Under the pieces are notes generated by a model. That model was not told the origin of the DNA. It saw nothing but the letters and a program-made list of their open reading frames with translations, and ran no database searches. From contig NIVC01000092.1 in the NCBI GenBank assembly GCA_002269645.1, positions 372,001 through 436,000 of the forward strand: DNA of 64,000 nucleotides. The letters are read 5' to 3'. This document shows positions 28,537-44,674 of the stretch, piece by piece. A program made the position numbers and the translations under genes. Source of the stretch: Macrostomum lignano. Taxonomy: Eukaryota. Each line of letters begins with the position of its first letter. Position 1 is the stretch's first letter.

Positions 28537-29407
28537 ACGTATTTACCGAAATCTAGCTCCACTCCCGCCTGAAGGGGGGATCTTTGTAAAATCCCAATGC
28601 CTTTTGCTTGTCTCCCAACATCCTCATGGTATTATTTTGATTAGTATTAGCATTAAGCCGCGAGATCCGGTGGGACTGCAATTAAGGCGAAGCCTCCGAG
28701 TCCTCCTTGCCAGCACAATGGCCTACGGGGAATGGAGGTGTTTGTCAGTCAGTCAGTCTATATATACACCAATACCAACCAACGTGGCCCTGGGGCTATT
28801 CTATAGGCGGTGAAACGCAAATGAGAGAGAGAGAGAGAGAGATCAACTGATGCAGAAAATATCACCTGGAGTTTTTAGCGTCAACAGTCTTTGTCCCAGC
28901 CAGCTATGGGCGGGGAGGGGTCTTTGTTTTTAGCGTTAATTTTTGTCTTTATAGCTTCCGTTCTGCGTCTGTCCCTATAAATTTTCTGGCTCAAAAGCAG
29001 CCGTGAGTGTCCTAGCAACCAACAAACAGAGGGTTAGTTAAAGGCCCCGATAAAACTTTTCTATATACCTGCAGCTGGATTTGACACAAACGTCTCGATT
29101 CTAATGGGATTTCTTCCCGGCTCGGGAAATTGTGTCAACCCTAATCCCCTGCATTGAGGTAGCAAGGTGCTGAAATGGGATCGAGGCTTAAGCTTGTGAA
29201 TGAATGACACACAGACGCCGAGCCACACCGAGAGAGCAAGTGTGAGCAGTGAGTAATGCGGCAGGTAGCGGTTTGCTGGTCTGCGCCCCCGCCCCTGTGC
29301 CCTGGGGGCTTGCGGGGGGCTGCATGCTGCCGTACTGACTAATTTGATGGCGGAAGAAATGAACGGCGAATGAGGATAGTTCGTGCTTCGGTGCTCCCTG
29401 TGCGGGA

Positions 29408-30180
<773 letters not shown>

Positions 30181-31174
30181 GCAGCCGTGGTGTACCCAGC
30201 AGGCTGGGAGTATTCTACAGTCCCACCCAAGCATGCACTCCACTCAGCATTCAGCAAGTCATGCAACACAAGGAAATGGCAAAACACAATAGAAAGCTGC
30301 AAATTCCAATTCTAAAAGTTATTTCAGCTAAACAGAAAGCATAAAAACGCCCCAAGCTCCAGCAAAAATATGGAACAAGACTGTTAGTTGTTGCAGGCAA
30401 CACGAATTTCGGTACAAAGGCGGAGCTCAGCAGAAGCAATTATTGAAGCAACCCAGTAACCAACGGAGCCCTATGGGAGTCAAGTTGAGAGCCGCGGTTT
30501 GAGCTCAACTATTCCCACCTGCTGAGCAGCCCAGCTTCTTAAATACCTGCTAATGAGCGCCCACCGTTAATGCCTTAAGCGCTCAGAAATTTACTAATTG
30601 GGTGGCCGGGCAGCTGGACTGAGGCTGGGAGCTTCATCAGCCTAGCGGGTGGTGGGAGAATGGAGGGTGAAAGGGAAAGGCGGGCGGTGGAGGGCGGCGG
30701 TCCTCTCGGCAACAAAGGCTGGCTAACTGTAGCAGAGGCTGGTAACAATTTTTGCATCAATACTTGCTTTTTATAAGCAGCAACACAACTCTGCAATTCG
30801 TGTCTATTATGGATTTTTCTACTCTTCTAGAAGAGCAGAAGACAGGAAAAGTCCGGACGGATGAAAGTTTCGGTGAGTCAAAGCAAAAAATACGTGAATT
30901 AAAAAAGCTCCCCCCATTGCTGCTTCTAGGCTAATTTCAGTCCCCCCTCCCCAAGGTTGGTTTCCCGTCAGTCATGTAAGAATTGTTTTTTACCTGGCAC
31001 GGGAAGTCCTAACCCTGCTTGTAGCAGCTGTTTGAGGAATCAACAAGAGAAAAATATGATTTGCAACTTAAGAAGATGCTAAAGGCGTTAAGCTTAACAA
31101 CTTTATATATGAGTTTATTGTCCACTGGCTTGATTTATTCGTATGCACCACATTTTTAATGATAAACTGTTGGT

Positions 31175-31822
31175 CAGATGGTGGGCTGCCTATCCTCTGC
31201 CCTGACTCCTCAGTGAAATGATGGGCTGTCTATCCCCTCCCCTGACTCCTCAGTCAGATTGTGGGGCTGTCTATCCCCTCCCCTGACTCCTCAGTCAGAT
31301 TTTGGACTGTCTATGCCTTCCCCTGTCTCCTCAGTCAGATTTTGGACTGTCTATTCCCTCCCCTGACTCCTCAGTCAGATGATGGGCTGTCTATCCCCTC
31401 CCCTGACTCCTCAATCAGATTGTGAGCTGTCTATCCCCTCCCCTGACTCCTCAGTCAGATTGTGAGCTGTCTATCCCCTGCCCTGACTCCTCAGTCAGAT
31501 TGTGGGGCTGTCTATCCCCTCCCCTGACTCCTCAGTCAGATTGTGGGGCTGTCTATCCCCTCCCCTGACTCCTCAGTCAGATTGTGGGGCTGTCTATCCC
31601 CTCCCCTGACTCCTCAGTCAGATTGTGAGCTGTCTATCCCCTTTCCTGACTCCTCAGTCAGATGATGGGCTGTCTATCCCCTTTCCTGACTCCTCAGTCA
31701 GATGATGGGCTGTCTATCCCCTTTCCTGACTCCTCAGTCAGATGATGAGCTGTCTATCCCCTCCCTTGACTCCTCAGTCAGATTATGGACTGTCTATGCC
31801 CTCCTCTGACTCCTAAGTCAGA
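31175..31822. repeat. 40-41 bp minisatellite with internal palindrome CTGACTCCTCAGTCAG
   Basis: About 16 copies. Confidence 0.95.
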
Positions 31823-32348
31823 GGCTGGGCTGCCACCTCATAGATATCGCAGAAGAGGCAAGTTAATTTCTTTTGCAAACCGCCCGATCCCAAATGCGTC
31901 GAATGTCTGCAGCCATAATCCCAAAACAATGAAAGATCCTCACGACCCGCAGATAGCAATTTCACAATGACGGCAAATTAAAAAAAAACCGCATTCAGTT
32001 CTGATCCCAAGATCCCTAAATCCCCCAAAAAGATCCCTGAAAATGGCATTTCCCATTGCCTCAGGGTGGGGGGAAGCCGATTTGATCCCAATATTAAAAA
32101 GACAAAATCCTTTCGAGAAGAGATTTGAGCAGGTAGCTTCATACGCTCTCTAGCTGCTCAAAATCAAGGAACAAAAATTTTAATAGCTAAACCCTCAGGG
32201 CTGATCTGTGAGACAGGCACGCGGCTGCAGCGCTTCGAGGTCAACCGGAAGTTTCTACTCGATCAGTTCAGCTCCGGGTCCACATTGATTTCCTTTTCTT
32301 CTCAGTGGCTTTCTTAGTCTCTGAATTTGAGCTGAATGATCTTTGATG

Positions 32349-32350
32349 TT

Positions 32351-32399
<49 letters not shown>

Positions 32400-32424
32400 T
32401 TCTGTCTGTCTGTCTGTCTGTCTT

Positions 32425-32470
<46 letters not shown>

Positions 32471-32508
32471 CGTCTGTCTTCATGTCTGTCTGTCTGTCGG
32501 TCTGTATG
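32349..32508. repeat. (GTCT)n microsatellite
   Basis: Direct reading. Confidence 0.93.
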
Positions 32509-33439
32509 TCCCCATCTCCGCCCTCCCCATCGCAGGAACACATCTAATTATCTTTCCCATCCCCTGTCTGTCACCCTTCAAGTCTCTCCGCACTTCGCTG
32601 ACCCCGGGGCAGGGGCAGCACTTCACGGCCGCTCAAATCGTTCACGCATGGCTGGCACCTGGGCTGCCGTGAGCAGCAGCAGCAGCAGCAGCAGCAACAA
32701 TATCTGGAACATATCGCCAAGGCATTGATTCGGATTCGCGCCAACGCCAAATGGGATTTCAGCAATCCGAGCTGATTGAGGAGTAGCGAGAGGGAAAGTG
32801 TGAAGGGCGGCGCCCCAGAGCAGCGGCACTGGCAGTGGCAGGGAGGGCTGGGAAGTCAGCCAAGCGAGTCGTGTGACCCTCGGGACGCAGCCACGGCTGC
32901 GGCAGGAGGTCCCAGCGGGCACTTCAGCGCTGCCCTGGCGGCGTGGCCAAGTTCGCGTGGTTCACGAGAAAAAAATTCCCAATCAAATGAACTCTCTGTG
33001 AGCTGCTTTCACGGCGGCTGCGGGACTCCCCAGAGACAGGGGGGGGGGGGTTTCGGGGATCCCTAATCGGAGCGGAGGCTCTTTATTTTCCAAAGTAAAA
33101 GTTTTTTACGAGTGCTTTGGGGATGGCGGAGATGGGGAAGGGGTTGAGGCTGGGGTGCTGCTCAGAATTTTAAGCTGCCGGAGCGAAATAAATTGATTGC
33201 AAGCGGCTGCTGCTGCTGATAAACTGAGCAGCTGGTCAGGGGGATGGGACGCTAAATTGTGGGATTTTCTTCTTACTACTCTCTCTCAGCTGTGCTCCCC
33301 TCTCTAAGCCTATCTGTCCTCCCGTGTTGACCTGAAAACTGGGCAAGCCTTGAGGGTGAAAACTACAGGGCCCACTCGGTCAGTGCATGCGTGCCCTGTG
33401 TAGCTCAACAAGCCTTATACTAGTCTCACCCTTAATCGA

Positions 33440-34080
33440 TTGAATCTCGTTCTCAAGCTTATCCAATCTAAACCTAAACAATGCGATACAATAGTTTCAT
33501 CCGAAAATTCTAATCTAATCTCAACTTAATCTAATCCAATCTCACTCCATTAGGAATCTAGTTCAGTGTCACCTATTCGAATCCAATCCCACCCTATTCT
33601 AATCCAATCTCACCCTATTCTAATCCAATCTCACCCTAATTTGATCCGATCTAACTCTATTCTAATCCGATCTCATCCTATTCTAATCCAATCTCACCCT
33701 AATTTGATCCGATCTAACTCTATTCTAATCCGATCTCATCCTATTCTTATTCAATCTCACCCTATTCTAACCCCATCTCACCCTAGTATGATCCGATCTC
33801 ACCCTAATCGAATCCAATCTCACCTTAATCTAATCCAATCTCACCCTATTCTAATCCATTATCACTTATTCTAATCCAATCTCATCCAATTCTAATCTTA
33901 TCTCAGCCTAATTTGATCCGATCTCATCCTATTCTAATCCAATCTCACCCCAACATAGCCCAATCTCACTGAAATGCAATCAAATCTCACCTATCGTTTC
34001 TATTTTACCCAATCTATCCAAAATGCCGCCTCATCAAATCCATCTTATCTAGTCTCACCGCAATCCGATCCAGTCTCACC
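33440..34080. repeat. Degenerate 21-bp minisatellite CTAATCCAATCTCACCCTATT
   Basis: Core copies at 33590-33960 with decayed flanks. Confidence 0.85.
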
Positions 34081-34974
34081 AAACACAGTCAGCAGTGATT
34101 TATGATGACGGCCTGGAACTCCCATTGCATCCACAAGAAGAAACGAAGCCCAGGTTTAATTCCAAAAACATAATAGTTATCAATTGTTCCATCTGCCTAA
34201 CCTGGAAGCTGTATGTCGGATGAAGAACCACCGAGTGTGAAAACTGTGACGCAACTACGGAAGATTTATTGATCCGTCAGCACCCGCTGGTTCGTCATCA
34301 GTCAGGGAAAAATTCTCTACAATCAGCAATGCAACGTTAATGGGGGCTTTTTTCTGAAACGAAAAAGCAATAAATGATAATTTTGTCTGTCCCAGTTGCA
34401 AGTGTGCCTATAGTTAGTTTGGAACTGTGGTCTGTGGAGGAAGGGCTGAGAGGCCAAAAGCACTTGAGGTGTCCGATTACTCGAGAAAGTGTAAGCTAAT
34501 TTCGATTCGAGTAACGAGACTCCCAACGCTTACGCTTATTTTTAGTTGCCTATTAAATTTTTGCTGAGCAAGGCCTGTATTATCAACAAATTGGCCCAAC
34601 ATGCAGTCAGGGACCCCCCAGCCCAGGACCCTCTCGGGTCTCTGGGAAAGTTTCAAATTTCTCAAAACCGGCCCCAACACTCCCTGGCAAACTTCTCCAT
34701 TTTCAGCTATATCTTAGTCTTGCCTCCACCCCTGTCGCAACACTTCCGCTGTGTAACCAGAATTGCTTTCGCCTTTTGCTTGGCCCCACCTCAGATTTTC
34801 TACTTAGAGATTGCTGCTGGCTCTGTGCTGTGTTGTGCATTAAGTCAGTTCCATTAGCAAGTCAATGAGAGCTGCGAAACCTAAAGAAGTCTATAGTTTG
34901 CGGATTGTGGAAAACTGGCTCGTGTCTAATAGTTGAATTTTAGCCAGCGCAATACACTATTGTGTCTGTGTTTT

Positions 34975-36188
<1,214 letters not shown>

Positions 36189-36839
36189 TAGTATCTTAGC
36201 GACTGGTGTTTTGTGCCTCTCTGTATCTATATCTATTTGTCTATCTGTCTGATTACGTCTGTTAAGATGACTTGTCCTAATATGTCTTGTCTCTTGATTC
36301 CTGTTTAGGACCTGTATTTTAGTTATAGATTTTACCTGTCCTAGTATTGGTTTGTCTGTGTCTGTTCGCACTGTATTACTGTATGCATTCCTGTGTCTGT
36401 CTGCCCTATCTGCAGGTCGCACAGACGGTAGAGCACACAGTAAACACACCAGCCAATATTTGTATGCACCATGTTTGAACAACTCAGATTAAATTGCGCA
36501 TTCCTGTAATACCGCGGCAAGTTTGGCTTGTAGCTCTGCAGCTGCTCAATTGTCTGCTTGAGCAAGCAGCATCGATACGGGCGGTTTACTTTACTAAGAA
36601 GAAGAAGCGACCGCAGTTTGCAGCTGCACACTTGCAAACTCAACAAGCAGGCATAGCTAAATTTTGTGATTTTTTTCAGATTTGAGAGCACAGATCCTAA
36701 CAATATCTGCTGCGGTTTATTTGATTTGAAAAATAATTAATATTGAATGTTTTATTTTTGAATAAAAATTATTTGTTTTACCAAACGTTTGTGTCGGGAC
36801 CTGAGCTCTCTCACCTTCCCATGTCTTGCTCAACGGAAA

Positions 36840-37312
36840 TCTCTCACTCAATCTCTCTCCCTCTCACCCTATCTCTCTCCCTCTCACCCTATCTCTCTCC
36901 CCCTCATCCTATCTCTCTCCCTCTCTCTCTCTCCCTCACCCTATCTCTCTCCCTCTCACCCTATCTCTCTCCCTCTCACCCTATCTCTCTCCCCCTCACC
37001 CTATCTCTCTCCCCCTCACCCTATCTCTCTCCCTCTCACCCTATCTCTCTCCCTCTCACCCTATCTCTCTCTCTCACCCTACCTCTCTCCCTCTCACCCT
37101 ATCTCTCTCCCTCTCACCCTATCTCTCTTTCTCTCACCCAATCTCTCTCTATCTCACCAATCTCTCTCCCTCTCACCCAATCTCTCTCCCTCTCACCCAA
37201 TCTCTCTCCCTCTCACCCAATCTCTCTCCCTCTCACCCTATCTCTCTCCCTCTCACCCAATCTCTCTCCCTCTCACCCTATCTCTCTCCCTCTCACCCAA
37301 TCTCTCTCTATC
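36840..37312. repeat. 20-bp minisatellite CTCTCACCCTATCTCTCTCC
   Basis: About 22 copies. Confidence 0.93.
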
Positions 37313-37997
37313 TCATTATTACGTCTACCTCTCAATATCAACCCATCTCTCTCCCTCTCGACCCTATCTCGCCCTATCTGTCTCCCCTCTCATCCCTCTC
37401 ACCTTCTCATCCTTTTCCTCCTTCCCACCTTACATTCCATCCCCCACTCCTCTAAAAGAGAAGCGCCACCGCTCACTCCATTACCAGGCCGCAATCTGCC
37501 CTGAAGGCTCGCGGCTGCTGCCCACACCGAGCGTCGCTGTCGTCTGTAATCCGAGTGTGGCGGATTACAGATGAGATCAAAAACCTCAAAGCAGCACGCG
37601 CACAAAAAAGCCTCCCTACTACAGTGCAGAGGATATCATCCAGTTTGGTGAAACGCGCGCGAAGTGGCACTGCGGCCAAGAATTGAGGAATAAGATTCCA
37701 AGTTTCGCCCGAAGCCAAATTTACCAAAGCGCGAGGCTGGCTGGGGACGGGGAGGAAAGTGATCGAGCGAAGGCACGGGTAGGAATCGCATTAACAGAAC
37801 AGTCGGCATTCTCTAACGCTGTGGCATCAAAGGCTTATGAGTGTGCACACATACAGGGTGTGAATGTGGAGAGGTGGCGCTGGGAGACTGGGCGGTACAA
37901 GCTGATCAAACTAAAAGAAGCAGCTACCGCCTGCTGTCTGCTCTCTGATGGGCTCTTCTATTTCGCTCTCTCGGTGTGTCTTCTGGCTGCTTGCTAG

Positions 37998-38310
37998 AGA
38001 AGTAGAAAAGCAGAGTGAGAAATAGAAAAGGAGTGAGTGAGAAGTAGAGAGGGAGAAGTAGAGAGGCAGATGTAGAGAGAGAGAGAGATGCAGAGAGGGA
38101 GATGTAGAGAGGGAGATGTAGAGAGGGAGAGTAGAGAGGGAGAAGTAGAGAGAGATGAAGTAGGGGAGTGAGAAGTAGGGAGGGAGAAGTAGAGACTGAG
38201 ATGTAGGGAGGGAGAAGTAGAGCCGGAGAAGTAGGGAAGGAGAAGTAGAGACGGATAAATTAAGGAGAGAGAAGCAAAGAGGGAGAAGTAGACTGGGAGA
38301 AGTAGAGAGA
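37998..38310. repeat. Purine-rich low-complexity tract (GAAGTAGAGAGG-like)
   Basis: Direct reading. Confidence 0.8.
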
Positions 38311-39036
38311 TGAACGGTGAGACAGAGCAGCACCTCGAACCCTGGGAGCCCAGGCGCTGTACATGACCGCAGCGACGCGACAAAGCAGTCAGGATGAAGA
38401 AGCGCAGAGATGATTGGAGTGACACTGAGAAGGACATTGCCACCCACAAGTGGACTGCAATAAAACAGAATTTGTCTCACTCGAGGCCCACAGTGCAAAT
38501 TGTGCAACCGCATTTCTCAGTCAGCTGACCCCACTCGGCTCACACTGTAATTCAGTGAATGCTGCACCGCATACAGCCTACCTGATGGCACTCATCAAAT
38601 TCCTTAGACTCAAGTGGCAAAGGTGTTAAGAGTGGCAATATTCTCAATATTCTGCTCAAGCTCCCCCAGCTCTCACGGCGCTCACAACACTACACGCGTT
38701 TCTTCCGCTTTCTCTCTCTCTATACTTCTTGCTTAGCCACTTCTTCCATTGTACTGCAGAGTGTCAGTTACATGGCCTGAGTCCACTTTAAAAGGCTCTT
38801 CAGTCCTTTCCCATTGTATTCTATAACCATTGCTAGCCATGCGAAGGCTTATAGGTAAAAGGCAGAGATAGGAGTGAAAGATTTTTAAATAATCACTTGG
38901 TAGGCCGAAGGACCCCGTTCACTCTCCAGTTCGTTTGAAACTTCTTTTAGCTGAAGCAGCAACCTAATATGAAAGAGCTGTGCCAAGAAAAAGTTGATAA
39001 AAAACCTAAGCGGTTGTCTTAACTGACTGAGTTCAA

Positions 39037-39551
39037 AATGGATTGCTAATCCAGCCAATCATGGGGTATTATGGAGTCCAGAATGGATTGCTAATCTAGC
39101 CAATCATGGGGTATTATGGAGTCCAGAATGGATTGCTAATCTAGCCAATCATGGGGTATTATGGAGTCCAGAATGGATTGCTAATCTAGCCAATCATGGG
39201 GTATTATGGAGTCCAGAATGGATTGCTAATCTAGCCAATCATGGGGTATTATGGAGTCCAGAATGGATTGCTAATCTAGCCAATCATGGGGTATTATGGA
39301 GTCCAGAATGGATTGCTAATCTAGCCAATCATGGGGAATTATGGAGTCCAGAATGGATTGCTAATCCAGCCAATCATAGGGAATTATGGAGTCCAGAATG
39401 GATTGCTAATCTAGCCAATCATGGGGAATTGTGGAGTCCAGAATGGATTGCTAATCTAGCCAATCACGGGGAATTGTGGAGTCCAGAATGGATTGCTAAT
39501 CTAGCCAATCATAGGGAATTATGGAGTCCAGAATGGATTGCTAATCTAGCC
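39037..39551. repeat. 45-bp minisatellite AATGGATTGCTAATCTAGCCAATCATGGGGTATTATGGAGTCCAG
   Basis: About 11.4 near-identical copies. Confidence 0.96.
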
Positions 39552-40227
39552 AGCAGCTCAAAATGCCCGAAAAGTTCTCACTAACCGCATTCGAACTCAA
39601 AACTTGACCCCGTAAAATAATTATTCACCAGAAAACGGCAAGCTGAGAAAGCAGAAATCCAGCAACAGAAATATAGCAAAACTTGTTGCCGTAGAATTTC
39701 CGCTTACTTCTCAATTTCTCTTGCTGCTTTTAATGAGCAGAGAGACGGGACAAGCTGGCAGAACTGCGTGGCTGAGCAGATTGGGTAAAGAATTTCTAGG
39801 GGGGGGGGGTAAATTTCCTGCTCGGCAGCCCCAAAGCAACTGAGCAAAGGATGGCAAGTTAGGAGCCTAGAAAAGAAATAGAGGAAGAAGGAAACCAGAC
39901 CCAGAGCTGAGCAGAGAGAGGGAGCAGGGAAACTTGGCATTGCCCCTGTCAGTCAGTCAGCGGCAGACATCCTGAGCAAATACTGACGCAATTACCTCTG
40001 CGCAAATATTGGCGGCGGTGGAGCTGAGCCGCATGGGATGAAGCCCCGCCAACTGGGGCTGCTGGATGCTCAACTTTCTTTGGGTTTGTGTCAGTTTGCG
40101 TGTTTGACTGCTGCGCACCCTGCTCACTCGACTGCCTTCTCATCGACTGCCTGATCAGGGGGCCCTGCGAGGCGCCCGGCTGCTGGGCCGCTAGAGAGCT
40201 GGCTGCCTACATCTCCCACGCTCTACT

Positions 40228-40730
40228 CTCCCTCTTCTTCTCTTCCACTCCTTCTCTCCCTCTCCTTCTCTCCCACTCCTTCTCTCCCTCTCCTTCACTC
40301 CCTCTCCTTCTCTCCCTCTCCTTCTCTCCCTCTCCATCTCTCCCTCACCTTCACTCCCTCTCCTTCTCTCCCACTCCTTCTCTCCCTCACCTTCTCTCCC
40401 TCTCCTTCTCTTCCTCTCCTCTCTCTCCTTCTCTCCCTCTCATCCTTCTCTTTCGCTCTCTCTCCCTCTCCTTCTCTCCCTCTCCTTCTCTCCCTCTCCT
40501 CTCTCTCCTTCTCTCCCTCTCCTTCACTCCCTCTCCTTCTCTCCCTCTCCCCTCTCTCCTTCTCTCCCTCTCCTTCTCTCCCTCTCCTCTCTCTCCTTCT
40601 CTCCCTCTCCTTCACTCCCTCTCCTTCTCTCCCTCTCCCCTCTCTCCTTCTCTCCCTCTCCTTCTCTCCCTCTCCTCTCTCTCCTTCTCTCCCTCTCCTT
40701 CACTCCCTCTCCTCACTCTCCTTCTCTCCA
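40228..40730. repeat. Pyrimidine-rich low-complexity tract (CTCTCCTTCTCTCC-like)
   Basis: Direct reading. Confidence 0.88.
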
Positions 40731-41629
40731 TTTCGTCCTCTCCTTCTCGCCTTCTCACCCTCTCACATCCACCTCCCCCTGCCGCAACCATATTTCAATA
40801 GCATCACCAGCTACTAGCTCCTCTTTCAACCTCCTCTCTCACACAGTCGCGCACTGACGCGCCGTCTCCCTTCGCCTCTTTGCGACAAAGAGAGTGGATC
40901 GGGTCTGTCAACAGGATCAGTTAAAACAAACACGCCCAAATCATTTGTGTTTTTGTTTCACAGCAGATTGCTTTAGTCTGTCTGTCTGTCTTTCTGTCTC
41001 TCATTTTGTTCCCAGCTCATCTCTCAAATGGCGCTCCACTTGTTGGTACTCAATACAACGGCAATGCTGAGAGCATTTTAATTACAAAATTGACTCGCTC
41101 AGCGGCAGACTCGACGCCTCTGGGCTCTCGTTATGCTTCGGCTTAGGAAATCTCTGATAATAAGAAAAAGGGCCCTGATCTGGGAGAGCAGAAATCAAGT
41201 AGGAACAGACTGACTGACTAGATGACTTCCTCAAAGCCATTACTCACTGCCCCCAGATATTGAAGGCATCTCTCCTAGTAGAAGATTTTCCTCGTAAAAC
41301 GAATCAATCCTCCGCAGAATGTGCTTTACGATCTTCTTGCGCACGAGAACTCTCGCTTCCTTCTCAGCAATTTAAACTGTTGAAGCGGACGCTCGGGCTG
41401 TTAAAAGAAGATTTACTGCCACACAAACTGGAGAAAATCTGGCGGAAGCAGCGAGTCGCGGGAGCAGAAATTTAACACCTGGGGAGCTATTTCCGCATGC
41501 AGCCCCCACTCTGCTTGATCGGGGTTTCTAGCGTCAACAGTGTCAAAAGTGAATTAAATTCATTTTTTCGGTTCTAAGGAGGAACTGAAAGAAGAGAATA
41601 TCTAGGGACGCTAAAATGGTACTAAAATC

Positions 41630-44068
41630 CAAACCTAAGGCTTAAATGGTGCCAAAATCAGCTATGATGCTTAAAATGGCGCCAAAATCAACTATGGTGC
41701 TTAAAATGGCGCCAAAATCATCGGTGATGCTTAAAATGGCGCTAAAATCATCGGTGATGCTTAAAATGGCGCCAAAATCATCTATGATGCTTAAAATTGC
41801 GCCCAAATCATTCTATGATGCTTAAAATGGCGCCAAAAAGTCTATAATGCGCCAAAATAATCTATGATGCTTAAAATGGCGCCAAAATCATCTATGATGC
41901 TTAAAATGGCGCCAAAAAGTCTATAATGCGCCAAAATAATCTATGATGCTTAAAATGGCGCCAAAATCATCTATGATGCTTAAAATGGCGCCAAAATCAT
42001 CTATGATGCTTAAAATGGCGCCAAAATCATCTATGATGCTTAAAATGGCGCCAAAATCAACTATGGTGCTTAAAATGGCGCCAAAATAATCAGTGATGCT
42101 TAAAATGGCGCCAAAATCATCTATGATGCTTAAAATGGCGCCAAAATCAACTGTGATGCTTAAAATGGCGCCAAAATCATCTATGATGCTTAAAAGGGCG
42201 CCAAAATCATCTATGATGCTTAAAATTGCGCCCAAATCATTCTATGATGCTTAAAATGGCGCCAAAAAGTCTATAATGCGCCAAAATAATCTATGATGCT
42301 TAAAATGGCGCCAAAATCATCTATGATGCTTAAAATGGCGCCAAAATCAACTATGGTGCTTAAAATGGCGCCAAAATCATCGGTGATGCTTAAAATGGCG
42401 CCAAAATCATCTATGATGCTTAAAATGGCGCCAAAATCATCTATGATGCTTAAAATGGCGCCAAAATCATCTATGATGCTTAAAATGGCGCCAAAATCAT
42501 CTATGATGCTTAAAATGGCGCCAAAATCAACTATGGTGCTTAAAATGGCGCCAAAATCATCTATGATGCTTAAAATGGCGCCAAAATCATCTATGATGCT
42601 TAAAATAGCGCCAAAATCAACTGTGATGCTTAAAATGGCGCCAAAATCATCTATGATGCTTAAAATGGCGCCAAAATCATCTATGATGCTTAAAATTGCG
42701 CCCAAATCATTCTATGATGCTTAAAATGGCGCCAAAAAGTCTATAATGCGCCAAAATAATCTATGATGCTTAAAATGGCGCCAAAATCATCTATGATGCT
42801 TAAAATGGCGCCAAAATCAACTATGGTGCTTAAAATGGCGCCAAAATCATCGGTGATGCTTAAAATGGCGCCAAAATCATCTATGATGCTTAAAATGGCG
42901 CCAAAATCATCTATGATGCTTAAAATGGCGCCAAAATCAACTGTGATGCTTAAAATGGCGCCAAAATCATCTATGATGCTTAAAATGGCGCCAAAATCAT
43001 CTATGATGCTTAAAATGGCGCCAAAATCATCTATGATGCTTAAAATGGCGCCAAAATCAGCTATGATGCTAAAAATGGCGCCAAAATCAACTGTGATGCT
43101 TAAAATGGCGCCAAAAAGTCTATAATGCGCCAAAATAATCTATGATGCTTAAAATGGCGTTAAAATCAGCTATGATGCTTAAAATGGCGCCAAAATCATC
43201 TATGATGCTTAAAATGGCGCCAAAATCAGTTAAGATGCTTAAAATGGCGCAAAAATAATCTATGATGCTTAAAATGGCGCCAAAATCATCTATGATGCTT
43301 AAAATGGCGCTAAAATTAGTTAAGATGCTTAAAATGGCGCAAAAATAATCTACGATGCTTAAAATGGCGCCAAAATCATCTATGATGCTTAAAATGGCGC
43401 CAAAATCATCTATGATGCTTAATATGGCGCCAAAATCAGTTAAGATGCTTAAAATGGCGCAAAATCAACTGTGATGCTTAAAATGGCGCCAAAATCATCT
43501 GTGATGCTTAAAATGGTGCCAAAATCAACTGTGATGCTTAAAATGGTGCCAAAATCAGCTAAGATGCTTAAAATGGCGCCAAAATCATCTGTGATGCTTA
43601 AAATGGTGCCAAAATCAACTGTGATGCTTAAAATGGCGCCAAAATCAGCTATGATGCTAAAAATGGCGCCAAAATCAACTGTGATGCTTAAAATGGCGCC
43701 AAAATCAACTGTGATGCTTAAAATGGTGCCAAAATCAACTGTGATGCTTAAAATGGTGCCAAAATCAACTGTGATGCTTAAAATGGTGCCAAAATCAACT
43801 GTGATGCTTAAAATGGCGCCAAAATCAACTGTGATGCTTAAAATGGCGCCAAAATCAACTGTGATGCTTAAAATGGTGCCAAAATCAACTGTGATGCTTA
43901 AAATGGTGCCAAAATCAACTGTGATGCTTAAAATGGCGCCAAAATCAACTGTGATGCTTAAAATGGCGCCAAAATCAACTGTGATGCTTAAAATGGTGCC
44001 AAAATCAACTGTGATGCTTAAAATGGTGCCAAAATCAGCTAAGATGCTTAAAATGGCGCTAAAATCAT
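41630..44068. repeat. 30-bp minisatellite AAAATGGCGCCAAAATCATCTATGATGCTT with higher-order variants
   Basis: About 80 copies; source of the false MMLKMAPKSS ORFs. Confidence 0.97.
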
Positions 44069-44674
44069 ATCAAACCTATTAATTTTCGAGACCAGCATTT
44101 ACGCATTGCGCATGCCGTTTTATTTGTCAGCCAAGTCACCGGGCGCAACTGCCCCCCCCCCCATTTCTCAGAGAATCCCGGAGGCAGATGGGAAGTCAAT
44201 AGTTGTGGAAAATCGTCCCCCCCCCTCACATCCAGCCATAGAAACCAAAGTTCGGCTGAGAGGCTGCTGAGATGGAAGGGAAAAAGAGGAAGCATCAAGC
44301 TCAGAGGAGGTCTCACAAACAAAGACAGAGAGAGAGCAGCAGAGAAACCTCGCAGCGTGATTGACACTTCCCAGTCTCGATCTGCTCAGCCCTGCCTCCC
44401 CAGTGACTCACCATTAGCAACCGGCTCCTTTATCTCCCCACAGTCCTACGAAAATCTCTCAAATTATAGAAATTGCTTGACTTCTGACTGGGAACGGCTG
44501 CTGTAGGTTTTGAGTTGTTCGACATTAGAGAGTGGAAATTGACCTGCCATGCTGCAAGAGATGGATGAGCTGTCTTCATATGCTCACGAGCTGAGGAGGG
44601 TGGGGTGAGCTGTGGCTTTTTGACTTGGCTGTGCTCAACTTGTATTAACTTGTGAATTAGATTTAAGATTAATT

